DNA from: Haliotis rufescens
Taxonomy: Eukaryota
DNA: 64,000 bases
Direction: 5' to 3'
Assembly (NCBI RefSeq): GCF_023055435.1
Contig: NW_025963779.1
Coordinates: 14,632,001-14,696,000, forward strand
In this document: positions 1-13,800 of the stretch, piece by piece
How the letters are laid out: every line of letters starts with the position of its first letter
How positions within the stretch are numbered: position 1 is the stretch's first letter
Translations under genes and position numbers: made by a program
The notes under the pieces: model-generated
Database searches by the model: none
The model's input: only the letters and a program-made list of their open reading frames with translations
What the model was told of the DNA's origin: nothing

Positions 1-648
1 GCACATTCATCAACGGATATTTAGTTAGGGACACTGTAGCTATTTACAAGTATATGTGTTATGATATGCATAAGAATAGGGAATTGTATTTGGCGTTCTT
101 TTGGCCATTGATACGTCAAATTTGGAAATGTCCTCCTCCACATGTCTACCATAAAAAAATGGTGTTTCTGTGGACGTTAAATTGTCTTGTAACAACACGT
201 TGACTCGATCCTGCTTCAAGCATACCAATACCTCGCAGGCGCTCATTTTCGGACAGGCGTGGCATTTCGTAATGTTGAATAATTGCGTAATGCTAAACAA
301 TGCATATGGAATCCCGTTAACGCACTTGTTTTTATACCCATTCTTTTGTTGTTGAGTATATTTGTGAATTGATAACGTGGTTCTTGACCATACCACATGA
401 ACATACACTTCCTTGATTAATCTCATTGTCCCAAAAATACGTATCGACGTGAAGATATCCTATTTATTTTCTTATTCAATAAGCTTGCAGACAGCTGTAT
501 TTGTCTCGTAACATTGTAAAGGCACGAACACAAGACAGTGTCTTCCTTATAACAAACAACATGGTTCTGTTGGATCTAAAGGGCGATGTCCTTTCTAGGA
601 TTCTATAGTTATTCAATGTCCAAATTGATTCATTTAAAAAATACTTAC

Positions 649-2492
649 GGTTCATATTTGATAGGATACCCTTCTGAGGTAAGGAGCTTCTTTTCAGTCG
701 TTGCAGTTAGCCCACCGCATTGTGTAGCTGTTATGTAAATACAAAAGAAGATAAAAGAGCTGATGTAAATAACATACCCTTATCATAGGACTACGTATCA
801 TTTACATTGTAAAAAAACCGGTAACAGTAAACCAAAAGTTGATAATTAGATATGCGACAATTTTACTTGTGAACAAAGCAACCATGTTTTTACGTTTTGA
901 TTGACAATGATGCTGCAGTGAGCGCAAATCAGCTTACTTTTTATAAGAAATCAGGTTATCACAAAAACCTATATTCACAGTCTCTTAAGCAACGAGGAAA
1001 AGAAATTTCTTTGGCTCCCACTTCAGAGAGAACATTGTATGTTTCGAGAAGTGACCGAATAGATATCCTGTCTCTAACATTAATCACAGATCCCCTCTCG
1101 AACCGAATAAAATATTGCCCCATTACATATATTGCTATAAACATAATGATGGTATGTAGAAAAGACTTGTTTATTTGTCATCGCGGTGTCATCACCGTAT
1201 TGTCAGCGTCGCCTCCATGAAGGTGTTTTGATTTCCAGTAACTGATACATATGTCCGCTGCCGATCAGACCGTGTTCTTTATGCGGAACAATAAGGTGGT
1301 CAGACTATAAATTGTTTGAATATTTTGAAATATATATTTCTCGATTATGTGTTGCAGTTGTGTATCACTTTGTACTTGATTGTGTAATTAAGGGGGAAAT
1401 AATTATTTTTCTGTAAAGTTATTTAGTTCATATAATTAATTACCCCTTTCCTGTATGTAATACTTTGAAAAATAGTATCTTAATATTGAAGGAATTTAAT
1501 ATTTAAAAGCAACATCCGCTTTTATGGAGATATTTACATATAAGTATAATCTAAGTTGAATGAATAAGCAGAGTTAAATATCGCTAAGTGGCATGTTTAT
1601 ATTAAAAAACTGCAAGTCATCATTGCACCTTCTTCCATTCAGGAATCCCAAACCATTGCATTAAATATAACCAGATGATTGTTATAATTTGCATACCGAA
1701 CCTTTGTCTGCTCACACATAGGGAATAAAAGCGACAAAACTATTCTACAATCATTGCCAAAAGGGGGTTCCATTGAACGATTTCGACTCTGTTATAAGCA
1801 TGACAATATGCTCGTGTGAGGATGAACGTTTCAACTCGTCACAAGCATATGTACAGTCAAGTATTTGAGTAAGAAGGCGTTCGGGCGTACACGAAGGGGA
1901 ACATCGCCTTGACAGTGGTATTTAACAACTAATCTATGTTGTAGGTTTCATCACAGTAGGAAAATGGTCGCATGTTGTATTTCTGCAGGAATATTGTACA
2001 ATATGATGTGTTTGATTTCATATTGAAATTATTACTTTCAGTGAATGGGACGTGAACATTATAATATGGAACGTAACAATACTTCATATTGACGATAGTT
2101 GTGAGAGAATTTACTCAATTTAAAAAATCCAAAATGTTTGGCCACAGCGAGGCACCACAACATATTGTGCTAGGCACGGTACAACTGGAATGAGGGAGGG
2201 CCGTATTCCTCCTTGTGGGTGACCTGCTTGGCAATTTCGGACGGGAAAACTNNNNNNNNNNNNNNNNNNNNNNNNNNNNNNNNNNNNNNNNNNNNNNNNN
2301 NNNNNNNNNNNNNNNNNNNNNNNNNNNNNNNNNNNNNNNNNNNNNNNNNNNNNNNNNNNNNNNNNNNNNNNNNNNNNNNNNNNNNNNNNNNNNNNNNNNN
2401 NNNNNNNNNNNNNNNNNNNNNNCTGACGTTAATGGGAGGTTGAGGAAACCCAGCATAGAGGTGAACACGAACCGCCAGTAATCTCGGCCCAT
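649..2492 (-). CDS. Gene A: 5' part of inverted paralog (exon 1 2492-2423 signal peptide; exon 2 727-649 CUB1a); presumably continues left of the window
   Basis: [23 protein letters not shown]; exon 2 [27 protein letters not shown], 79 nt with intact cag/gtaagt sites; the exon 1 donor is hidden by the N gap. Confidence 0.8.
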
Positions 2493-5089
2493 GGTAACAG
2501 GTGTGGGTCCAGCAGTATTCTGTATCAAGTGGGCTGCGCGTTTGCTTTTAGCCAGGACGTCTTGCGAAATTCGCTTTGTAAATGCGGGATAGGCGTGTTG
2601 CTTTAGGCCTTTAGGTCTTTTTTTTCATAAACACCTGAGCTGATAACGTTCAATGTCTGCCTTGCACCAGTCCTTGTACCCTGACGCGATCCTGCTTGTA
2701 CAATCAGGTGTAGAGCGAGGCGGGGCCTAATTTTCATTATCATAAAATATTTATTGAGGATTTAATGAATGCAGTGTGTAAACATACGGATAGATATTGG
2801 TGTGGCTATCTATTGACAGCCTACGTCTTTAACACGGCACTTGGAACCACTAAGACTGGGAATTGTCTACAGCAAACCAGGGAGTCTATATATAGACTCT
2901 ATCAGTGAACATATTGAGTCCGCCATCTTGGAATAGATATGTGGGTGGCGTTCTTATACATTTGCATAGGAGCTGGAATTTGACTGATGACCTTGTCTTT
3001 CTTACAGACCCCAGGTCATATATACAGTATCAAAACAGGCACCCGGATATCATATTCACAACCTACCCAGCTTTCACAGCCTATACACATCCCATTATTA
3101 TTATTATTATTATTATTATTTTAAGATTAAAAACAAAATGCAGCAAAGAGGGTTTGGGTGATAGAGGTTTTTTCGCCGGACTACCTTGCTATAGGAAGTC
3201 TTAACCAGACAATCCAGTCACACGATAAAGCATTTACTGACAATATGTTCACTTTAAATTACTTCAAATGGCGACGTTGCAGGGAATGTTTATAAAATGG
3301 TGCAAAGATGGTGCGTGGTGTCTCGTATCTGAATAAATCTACTTATATGCTCATGCATATACTTATGTAGTGGTTTGATAAATGTCACTTGACACTGGTC
3401 GATCATATCAAATGGCATATTGTACTTTGTTCACAACACATACATGTATGGAGCGACGCCCTGATAAGTGTGGCCACGCGGTTAAAGTCGATAACAATTT
3501 GAAGTGCATTACTACTACAAAACTGATTATGACATACGCATTTGCACATATGTCTCAATTCCCGTGTAGTGTATATGAAAACCTACTATTAAATATGGGT
3601 CTTTCCGTGGGTGACATGTGCTAAGTGATATAACAGTAGAACCTCAAATATTAGAAGTCAAACACGTTTTACGAATTCTGTACGGGGTATTACAATCAGA
3701 CAGACGGCCATGAAGACAGCTAAATATCTTGTAATTGTTGGAAATTAATGTGTAATGTAATTAATTGTCGTCAGTGCATCCAAGTTTCCGACACCTTGAC
3801 ATACCCTTTTAACTGCATGTTTGGTCACGTGGCCACAATGTTATAACTGATGACTTAGCTACCTGTATTGTGATATGTTTTGATTATGCAAATATATCTT
3901 TGCCGATTTTCCCAGTTTTGCCCTGTTTAGTATGATACCAGGATCAGGTTATTATACTCAGTCACACATGTCACATAACATATTTCACATATTGTCTATT
4001 AAACTGTAAACAAGGTTTAGACAAATAAACTTTGCGTTTTCTCTAGATATTTAATGCTTTTATGAATGTGTGGGGCGGTAGTTGAAGCATTATTCTGTCG
4101 CGCTAAATTGGATTTCATGTCCCATATGAGTACAATGTAAACGTGTAATCTGGTGCATCTACATGTAGACGTATTCTGTCGATATATTGCTGGCATACGT
4201 AATAACGCAGTGTTTATCCATGTCATGACAATGAAACAAAACACAGCATGACACACAGTTTCTACATTATGTTTAGAATGATCAGTTCAGTGTGGCAAAA
4301 ATAACACAATATACATGTATGATGTGAACAACTCTGAAGCGAAAATAACATATACTGATAAAAGTTAAATGTGCTAGTAAATATTGTCAGTTTGTGTTAA
4401 TTAATGAACCAGGTTTGATTGTTCTGACATTTGGTNNNNNNNNNNNNNNNNNNNNNNNNNNNNNNNNNNNNNNNNNNNNNNNNNNNNNNNNNNNNNNNNN
4501 NNNNNNNNNNNNNNNNNNNNNNNNNNNNNNNNNNNNNNNNNNNNNNNNNNNNNNNNNNNNNNNNNNNNNNNNNNNNNNACAGGCGATAACAAACTCCCAC
4601 AACATGGAGAGAGGAATTTTGAGGGGCTTTCTAATGTACCACCTTACCTTGAAGCATTGTTTGGGTGCAGGGAATGCTCGAAAATGGGTGATGTGATTTT
4701 CCAACGATTAATGAACACTTGAGGGAACATTGTGGCACGAATGTAATATTTTAAAGCCTTAATATTTTTATTTTAAATATCTTTAAAAAAATCCCATATT
4801 CTCACAAGAAGGTTATATGATGTAGGATCCAACTATATATACCCCGTCAAAAACAAATGCAAAGGTAAGTCAATTGTTCACCTGAAAAAAACCCACGGGA
4901 ACACATGGTACAAGTCAGAATAAGGAATTGCATTGGACATAATGTTTGTCACTGATGCGTCAAATTGTCCTCCAGGTCGTTACAGCGCATTCCACGAAGG
5001 TGTTCTTTCAGTTCATGAAACAGGTGGAAGTCACTTGGTCCAGGTCTGGCGAGTAAGGAGGGTGAGGAAGCTCTTCGAACCCACACTGG

Positions 5090-6864
5090 GTTATTTTAGA
5101 CCAATCGCACGAACAAGTTGTTTGGCAGAAGTATTTGAAAAATGTATCCATGAACATGTGTTTAACTTCTTCAATGACAACAGAATTCTGAGCAATCTCC
5201 AGTCAGGCTTTATACCAGGCGATTCCACAAGCTACCAATTATAAGATCTGTATAATTTATTTCAAAGGCTCTAGACAATGGAACAGAAGTAAGGGCAGTG
5301 TTTTGTGACATTAGCAAGGCCTTTGATAAAGTTTGGCATGAAGGATTACTTTATAAGTTATCTTCATGTGGAATTCGAGGAAAATTGTTGAAATGGTGTG
5401 ACAGTTATCTATCAAACAGAATACAAAAAGTGGTTATTAATGGTAAAGAATCAAGGTTAAAATCTATCACGGCAGGTATTCGACAGGGATCAGTCCGAGG
5501 ACCATTATTATTTTTTATCTCTATAAATGACCTGGTTGATACGTCACTTTATATTATTGTCGATGATCCTAACACAGCAGCGATTAATTTAAATGTTGAT
5601 CTAGGAAGGATATCCGTATGGGCGAATAAATGGCAAGTCACGTTTAATCAACACAAAACTGAAACCATAATGTTTTCAAGAAGAATTAATTCGAATAAAA
5701 CCTGTTCTCAAAATGAAAGATACTCCAATAACAGAGGTCTCATCGCACAAACACCTAGGGCTAAATTTACAGCAAGATGGCTACTGGTCAAATCATATAG
5801 ATAATATGGTAGATAAAGTAATGATTAACTGCTTTAGAACTTTCAAATACCGCCTGTCCAGGAAAACGTTATAGAATATATATTGGTATTGGAAAGGCTA
5901 AATGTTGACGCACTGAGAACAATATGTAGAGCTACTCGTGGTACCAACCACGAGTCTCTATACTCTGAAACTAACCTTACACCCTTATCCAAAAGACGGC
6001 AATCTCATAAATTAAAAACATTTTACAAAATGGTTAAGAAGTTGGCCCCTGAATATCTATGTAATCTTGTGCCTCCTAATGTCTCAGCGGGCGCACGTTA
6101 CAATTTAAGAACTTCTTCACAGCTACAGACTGTAAATGCTAGAACAGTTAACTATCACAAATCATTTTTACCCGACACAGTGCAAATGTGGAATGAATTA
6201 CTGGAAAATGTTCAGTCAAAATATACTGTAAATGACTTCACTAAATGTATCACCACGACAGAAAATCCTAAGATATTTAGTTTTAACTTAGACTATGGTA
6301 CCCGTTTCTGTCAAATTATCCATTGCAGCCTCAGATTAGGATGCAGTGATTTAAATGCACACAAATATCATAGACATATTCATGATTCTACTACCTGCTT
6401 CTGTGGATATCATTATGAGGATCCTACACATTACTTCTTTTCATGTCGCAACTACTGCAATCTTCGGAACAATATGTACTACTATATAAAGGGATATGAC
6501 TTGGATTCAGTTTTATATGGAAATGCTACAACATCTACTGATACTAACCTTGCTATTGTACAATCTGTCCATTTGTTCATTGCAAAATCTAAAAGATTAA
6601 AAATCTTAATATGTCTTCTAAACGATTACATCGATCTAATAGTTGTTTGTATGTGTGATACGCTGGTATGCTGTTTGTTTATGTACCGATATATGTATGT
6701 GTGCATTTATGTATTTGTGAGTGACTTGTATATCATCATAATATTTGCAACAGTAGGTACAATTAATCTAAATCTATTATCTTATGTACAATTTACTCTC
6801 ATTAATTGTTAAATGTCCCTTGTAGGGAGGGGTGTTTAAATAGGTTGAACCTGTTCACCGATCC
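5090..6864 (+). mobile_element. 5'-truncated, degenerate non-LTR retrotransposon (CR1/L2-group) RT C-terminal half and 3' UTR
   Basis: YFRPIARTSCLAEVFEKCI, QSGFIPGDST, FCDISKAFDKVWHEGLLYKL, GIRQGSVRGPLLF..INDL (catalytic FADD segment deleted), C-terminal CFCG..ED..HYFFSC; frameshifts. Confidence 0.9.
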
Positions 6865-6979
6865 CATTCCTTTTTCATGGAACAGGACAATCTTAAAGAA
6901 GTAAAAAGCGACGTTTCGGTATCGATACTTATACTGTTGCCAAGCAAGATTGTCCTGTTCCATGAAAAAGGAATGGGAT
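6861..6979 (-). mobile_element. Fold-back stub at the palindrome centre, Penelope-like (degenerate hammerhead motif in the loop)
   Basis: Perfect 34-bp inverted arms 6861-6894 and 6946-6979; the loop read on - is ...ttggcaac agtat aagtatcg atacc GAAACGTCGC, resembling the stubs at 9028-9177 and 22813-22892. Confidence 0.55.
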
Positions 6980-7039
6980 ACATTTTTCAAATACTTCTCC
7001 CAAACAACTTGTTCGTGCGATTGGTCTAAAATAACCCAA

Positions 7040-7215
7040 TGTGGGTTCGAGAGCTTCCTCACCCTCCTTACTCGCCAGACCTGGCACCAAGTGACTTCCA
7101 CCTGTTTCATGAACTGAAAGAACACCTTCGTGGAATGCGCTGTAACGACGTGGAGGACAATTCCAAATTTGACGCATCAGTGACAAACATTATGTCCAAT
7201 GCAATTCCCTATTCT
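7040..7215 (+). mobile_element. mariner transposase C-terminal relic (mirror copy at ~4915-5088 on -)
   Basis: ELPHPPYSPDLAPSDFHLFHELKEHLRG carries the mariner YSPDLAPxD motif; interrupted by the LINE. Confidence 0.85.
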
Positions 7216-9027
7216 GACTTGTACCATGTGTTCCCGTGGTTTTTTTTCAGGTGAACAATTGACTTACCTTTGCATTTGTTTTTGACGGGATGTATATAGT
7301 TGGATCCTACATCATATAATCTTCTTGTGAGAATATGGGATTTTTTTAAAGATATTTAAAATAAAAATATTAATGCTTTAAAATATTACATTCGTGCCAC
7401 AATGTTCCCTCAAGTGTTCATTAATCGTTGGAATATCACATCACCCATTTTCGAGCATTCCCTGCACCCAAACAATGCTTCAAGGTAAGGTGGTACATTA
7501 GAAAGCCCCTCAAAATTCCTCTCTCCATGTTGTGGGAGTTTGTTATCGCCTGTGNNNNNNNNNNNNNNNNNNNNNNNNNNNNNNNNNNNNNNNNNNNNNN
7601 NNNNNNNNNNNNNNNNNNNNNNNNNNNNNNNNNNNNNNNNNNNNNNNNNNNNNNNNNNNNNNNNNNNNNNNNNNNNNNNNNNNNNNNNNNNNNNNNNNNN
7701 NNNNNNNNNNNNNNNNNNNNNNNNNNNNNNNNNNNNNNNNNNNNNNNNNNNNNNNNNNNNNNNNNNNNNNNNNNNNNNNNNNNNNNNNNNNNNNNNNNNN
7801 NNNNNNNNNNNNNNNNNNNNNNNNNNNNNNNNNNNNNNNNNNNNNNNNNNNNNNNNNNNNNNNNNNNACCAAATGTCAGAACAAGCAAACCTGGTTCTTT
7901 AATTAACACAAACTGACAATATTTACTAGCACATTTAACTTTTATCAGTATATGTTATTTTCGCTTCAGAGTTGTTCACATCATACATGTATATTGTGTT
8001 ATTTTTGCCACACTGAACTGATCATTCTAAACATAATGTAGAAACTGTGTGTCATGCTGTGATTTGTTTCATTGTCATGATATGGATAAACACTGCGTTA
8101 TTACGTATGCCAGCAATATATCGACAGAATACGTCTACATGTAGATGCACCAGATTACACGTTTACATTGTACTGATATGGGACATAAAATCCAATTTAG
8201 CGCGACAGAATAATGCTTCAACTACCGCCCCACACATTCATAAAAGCATTCAATATCTAGAGAAAACGCAAAGTTTATTTGTCTAACCCTTGTTTACAGT
8301 TTAATAGACAATATGTGAAATATGTTATGTGAGATGTGTGACTGAGTATAATAACCTGATCCTGGTATCATACTAACAGGGCAAAACGGGGAAAATCGTA
8401 TTTGCATAATCAAAACATATCACAATACAGGTAGCTAAGTCATCAGTTATAACATTGTGGCCACGTGACCAAACATGCAGTTAAAAGGGTATGTCAAGGT
8501 GTAGGAAACCATGGATGCATTGACGATAATTAATTACATTACACATTAATTTCCAACGATTACAAGCTGTCTTCATGGCCGTCTGTCTGATTGTAATACC
8601 CCGTACAGAATGCGAAAAACGTGTTTGACTTCTAATATTTGAGGATCTACTAACACAAGGTGTCACCCACGGAAAGACCCATATTTAATAGTAGGTTTTC
8701 ATATACACTACACGGGAATTGAGGACATATGTGCAGATGCGTATGTAATAATCAGTTTTGTAGTAGTAATGCACTTCAAATTGTTGTCGACTTTAACCGC
8801 GTGGCCACACTTATCAGGGTGTCGCTCCATACATGTGTGTGTTGTGAACAAAGTACAATATGCCATTTGATATGATCGACCAGTGTCAAGTGACATTTAT
8901 CAAACCACTGCATAAGTATATGCAAGAGCATATAAGTAGATTTATTCAAGACACGAGACACCACGCAAATTAATAATAAATCCAACTTTCATAACTCCTT
9001 TGACAGGCATTTAGAAGTTGAAGTACA

Positions 9028-9177
9028 AAGTAAGGATAAGAATTTATGGATGAACAACTTCTTAATTACAATTAAGAGCGACGTTTCGGTGTAGGTTCGT
9101 CGTAGGTGTAGTGAAACGTCGCTCTTAATTGTAAATAAATAAAGAAGTTGTTCATCCATAAATTCTTTTCCTTACTT
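9028..9177. mobile_element. Inverted (tail-to-tail) Penelope-like stub
   Basis: ~60-bp inverted arms each with GAAACGTCGC followed by an AT-rich tail (AATAAA on the right arm); tccaactttcat is repeated at 8981-8992 and 9177-9188. Confidence 0.6.
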
Positions 9178-10298
9178 CCAACTTTCATGTAAAAAAAGAA
9201 TATTTAATGAGAGGATTATTGCAGCAGGAATATTTTACCAACAGGTGTTTACATGTATTTATCAAACATTACAATTTATCAATTCCTTCACACTGTAGCA
9301 TTACAGTAAAGATTGTACATTTACATGTATGAAGAGTATGGCCGCGGTGTTATAGTTCCATAAAACCTTTAATTAGTACCACAGAACAACAAAATAGTTT
9401 TAGTAGGAATCCGCGAACTTATCCGCTGATTATTCGCAGTTTTACTGCAGAACACGATAACAAACTTGTACGTTGTTGTGTAATGTCGGCGCTTTGATAT
9501 CTTTGCAAAGCATTTTAGACGGTGTCACACGATAGTGTGTGTTAGGCCTCTATTTATTGTGGAGGGTTGTTATAGGCTGCGTTCAAACTTATAGTAGGGC
9601 TCCCTACTTCATTGCAAGAACAAATTAAACCCGACAGCAGGCAATGTCAAAAGGGTTACACAACTTTACAATTGCTTACTGATTTGGGCGAATTGAGTTG
9701 TCGGGTAGACGTTGCTGTATTCTTTCGTTGATTTATATGCTCGTCTAGTAACATCGTCATTAAAGGGGTATAACCTGCTGTAAAATATCAGGATTTTCAG
9801 TGATCCATTCATATTTATTTAATCACGATTTTACCTTTCACTTAATTTTTGTGTGTCAGATACTCGAGACGTTGATGTTATAGATTTACATACATACAGT
9901 GTAAAATATGATCTTTGCACCATTTTATAAACATTCCCCGCAACGTCGCCATTTGAAGTAATTTAAAGTGAACATATTGTCAGTAAATGCTTTATCGTGT
10001 GACTAGATTGTCTGGTTAAGACTTCCTATAGCAAGGTAGTCCGGCGAAAAAACATCTATCACCCAAACCCTCTTTGCTGCATTTTGTTTTTAATCTTTAC
10101 ATAATAATAATAATAATAATAATAATAATTGGATGTGTATAGGCTGTGAAAGCTGGGTAGGGTGTGAATATGAAACCCGGGTGCCTGTTTTAATACTGTA
10201 TATATGACCTGGGGTCTGTAAGAAAGACAAGGTCTTCAGTCAAAACCCAGCTCCCATGCAAATGTATAAGAACGCCACCCACATACATGTATCTATTC

Positions 10299-10347
10299 CA
10301 AGATGGCGGACTCAATATGTTCACTGAGAGAGTCTATATATAGACTC
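10299..10347 (+). promoter_or_regulatory. Candidate promoter motifs conserved in all three paralogs: YY1-like CAAGATGGCGG and an 18-bp palindrome GAGTCTATATATAGACTC
   Basis: About 400-440 bp upstream of each ATG; copies at 2882-2930 (-) and 51911-51958 (one mismatch in the palindrome). Conservation may merely reflect recent duplication. Confidence 0.3.
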
Positions 10348-10738
10348 CCTGGTTTGCTGAAGACAGTTCCCAGTCTTAGTGGTTCCAAGTGCTGTGTTAA
10401 AGACGTAGGCTGTTACTAGATAGCCACACCAATATCTATCCGTATGTTTACACACTGCATTCATTAAATCCTCAATAAATATTTTATGATAATGAAAATT
10501 AGGCCCCGCCTCGCTCTACACCTGATTGTACGAGCAGGATCGCGCCAGGGTACAATAAAGGACTGGTGCAAGGCAGACATTGAACGTTATCAGCTCAGGT
10601 GTTTATGAAAAAAGGACCTAAAGGCCTAAAAAAAACGCCTATCCCGTATTTACAAAGCGAATTTCGCAAGAAGTTCTGGCTGAAAGCACACGCGCAGCTA
10701 ACGTGATACAGACCACTGCAGGACCAACTCCTGTCACC

Positions 10739-10808
10739 ATGGGCCGAGATTACTGGCCGTTCGTGCTCACCTGTGTGCTGGGTTTCCTCAACCTTCCATT
10801 AACGACAG
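10739..10808 (+). CDS. Gene B exon 1, signal peptide [23 protein letters not shown]
   Basis: gtcaccATGG Kozak context, hydrophobic core, donor G|gtaatc (phase 1); conserved in all three paralogs. Confidence 0.85.
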
Positions 10809-13800
10809 GTAATCTCATAATTATGATCACTATATGCCTTCTAGGACAACCTGTGTAATATGTACCGGCATGTAACCGTCTGACCGCCCATGGCGGGCTA
10901 GGTACAGGGTTTACTGGATGTACAGTCTTCGACAAACGAATAGTGAGTCTGTGGGATATTTATAAATATGTAGGTCAGGCGTAGGAGTATTGATCAATGG
11001 ATGATGTGATGCGTACAACTATGGCATCTTTTTTATGCAGGGATCTGCCTAGTGAGCGACTATAGCAGGGGATGAAACTCCCAAAAATTTCAGCCAGACC
11101 ACAGGACTGGTTAGCTGAAATACTTGCCCACTATGTTTCTCAGGATCATTTAATCAAAAATATGAAAACTGATTGCTTGTAGCATAAGCGCATCGCTAAA
11201 TGTTAGGTTGTCTAAAAGCTAACGGGGTTTCTTTTTGGTTACATTTTATCATTCATCTTTACATGTGGATTAATGCTTATCATCGGGAAATATTTAGAAT
11301 ATTTTCACCTTGAAATATAACCCGACCGTCGGGCAGGGGGATTTGAAAAACTGGCAGCCCGAGCTGAAATCAACCCGTCTCGGACGGTCGGGCAGGCAGG
11401 TATTTCGGACGCTGCTATAGTGGATTATAGTATATAGTGTGTACCGTAGTTGATGCAATTTATCCCTCTTCTACTCTAAAGCTTTAATTACAATGTATAG
11501 AATATAGTATGTTTTTTATGTATATATAATATGTCTAAGCTGTTTATATAGTGTACGCTTTAGCGTTATTTAAAGTAGTGTATGCATCAGTGTATAGATT
11601 TGTTAAGGGAAACAGTTATTGGGAAACGGGGAGAAGAGGAGAGGGGATGAAGATTTTTTGTTGGAGTCTTTATTTAACTGCTTCAAAACATCCAGTTTAT
11701 TTTTTACAACACATGTTTTCAACTGTATAGTTGTTGGCAAAATTATTTTTAGAAAATGCCCATAAATTATATANNNNNNNNNNNNNNNNNNNNNNNNNNN
11801 NNNNNNNNNNNNNNNNNNNNNNNNNNNNNNNNNNNNNNNNNNNNNNNNNNNNNNNNNNNNNNNNNNNNNNNNNNNNNNNNNNNNNNNNNNNNNNNNNNNN
11901 NNNNNNNNNNNNNNNATTAAATGTATCATCGAGTATCAGTAAGAAACTAGAAATAACTGCCTTTGTTCTGAAAATCTCACCAAGTTTCAGCTTTCGCCTC
12001 TTCCTTTGTGGAATGAGGTTTCACATTTGTAAAATGATCTCTCTTATCTGTGCTCTCACCCCCTGCAGTTTTCCCGTCCAATATTGCCAAGCAGGTCACC
12101 CACAAGGAGGAATACGGCCCTCCCTCATTCCAGTTGTACCGTGCCTAGCACAATATGTTGTGGTGCCTTGCAGTGGCCAAACATTTTGGATTTTTAAAAT
12201 TCAGTAAATTCTCTCACAACTATCGTCAATATGAAGTATGGTAACGTTCCATATTATAATGTTCACGTCCCATTCACTGAAAGTAATAATTTCAATATGA
12301 AACCAAACACATCATATTGTACAATGTTCCCGCAGAAATACAACATGCGTCCATTTTCCTACTGTGATGAAACCTACAACATAGATTAGTTGTTTAATAC
12401 CTCTGTCAAGGCGATGTTCCCCTTCATGTACGCCCGAAAGCCTTCTTACTCAAATACTTGATTGTACATATGCTTGTGACGAGTTGAAACGTTCATCCTC
12501 ACACGAGCATATTGTCATGCTTATAACAGAGTCGAAATCGTACAATGGTCCCCCCTTTTGGCAATGATTGTAAAATAGTTTTGTCGCTTTTATTCCCTAT
12601 GTGTGAGCAGACAAAGGTTCGGTATGCAACTTATAACAATCATCTTGTTATATTTAATGCAATGATTTGGGATTCCTGAATGGAAGAAGGTGCAATGATG
12701 ACTTGCAGGTTTTTTAATATAAACATGCCAATTAGCGATATTTAACTCTGCTTATTCATTCAACTTAGATTATACTTATATGTAAATATCTCCATAAAAG
12801 CGGATGTTGCTTTTAAATATTAAATTCCTTCAATATTAAGATACTATTTTTCAAAGTATTACATACAGGAAAGGGATAATTAATTATATGAACTAAATAA
12901 CTTTACAGTAAACTAATTAACTCTATTTATTACACAATCAAGTACAAAATGATACACAACTGCAACACATAATCGAGAAATATATATTTCAAAATATTCA
13001 AACAATTTATAGTTTGATGTACTATGCCCGGACAACCAATAAGCAGCTGTTAATGGGATTGTTATGCCCTTTAGTTAGTTTGTGGGAATTTATTTAACAA
13101 TATATTCCTCGATTGATATCTAACACTTGATGTGAACAGGTAAATTGGATAACTTGATCCGTTAATTAATTGTAGCCGGTGTAACCGATAGGGAAGGGCA
13201 TGCTTACCCTTTTCGGGAACAACTGGTATCATCACTGTTTCATAGATCCATTCAATATTTACCACTATTTTGCCTCCCCCCTCCCCCAATGGAATGTGTT
13301 TGGTCCGATAATCGAGACTGTTTATTCTCTTCCTTTGACGTTCTATATTCATATTGTGGGACCGTGGACATGGTAGAGGATTTCATTATTGTCGCAATAA
13401 TATGTTTTCACAATCTGTTACCCATGTGATCAGAAACAAGAGAGAATTTATTATTGAATAGGTAAACTAGTGTACATGCCACGTCAACTCAACACTAGAG
13501 AATAATCAGTCTCGATAATCTACCGAAACAGATTCCACTGGGCGTAAGAGGAAAAATAGTGGTGAAATTTATATGTATGAGTCACTGGAAATCAAAACAC
13601 CTTCATGGAGGCGACGCTGACAATACGGTGATGAAACCGCGATGACAAATAAACAAGTCTATTCTAAATACCATCATTATGTTTATAGCAATATATGTAA
13701 TGGGGCAATATTTTATGCGGTCACTTCTCGAAACATACAATGTTCTCTCTGAAGTTGGAGCCAAAGAAATTTCTTTTCCTCGTTGCTTTTTGTAATTGAC

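Noticed and set aside
5883-6812. 309-aa ORF as a host membrane protein
   Set aside because: It is the LINE ORF2 C-terminus running into a TG-rich 3' UTR, which explains the hydrophobic end
2115-11929. ORFs containing long X runs
   Set aside because: Artefacts of reading through N gaps
12069-12207. Extra exon after ccctgcag in gene B intron 1 (mirror of ORF 2115-2251)
   Set aside because: The phase-1 frame hits TAG after 26 codons, there is no CUB similarity, and the segment is absent from gene C
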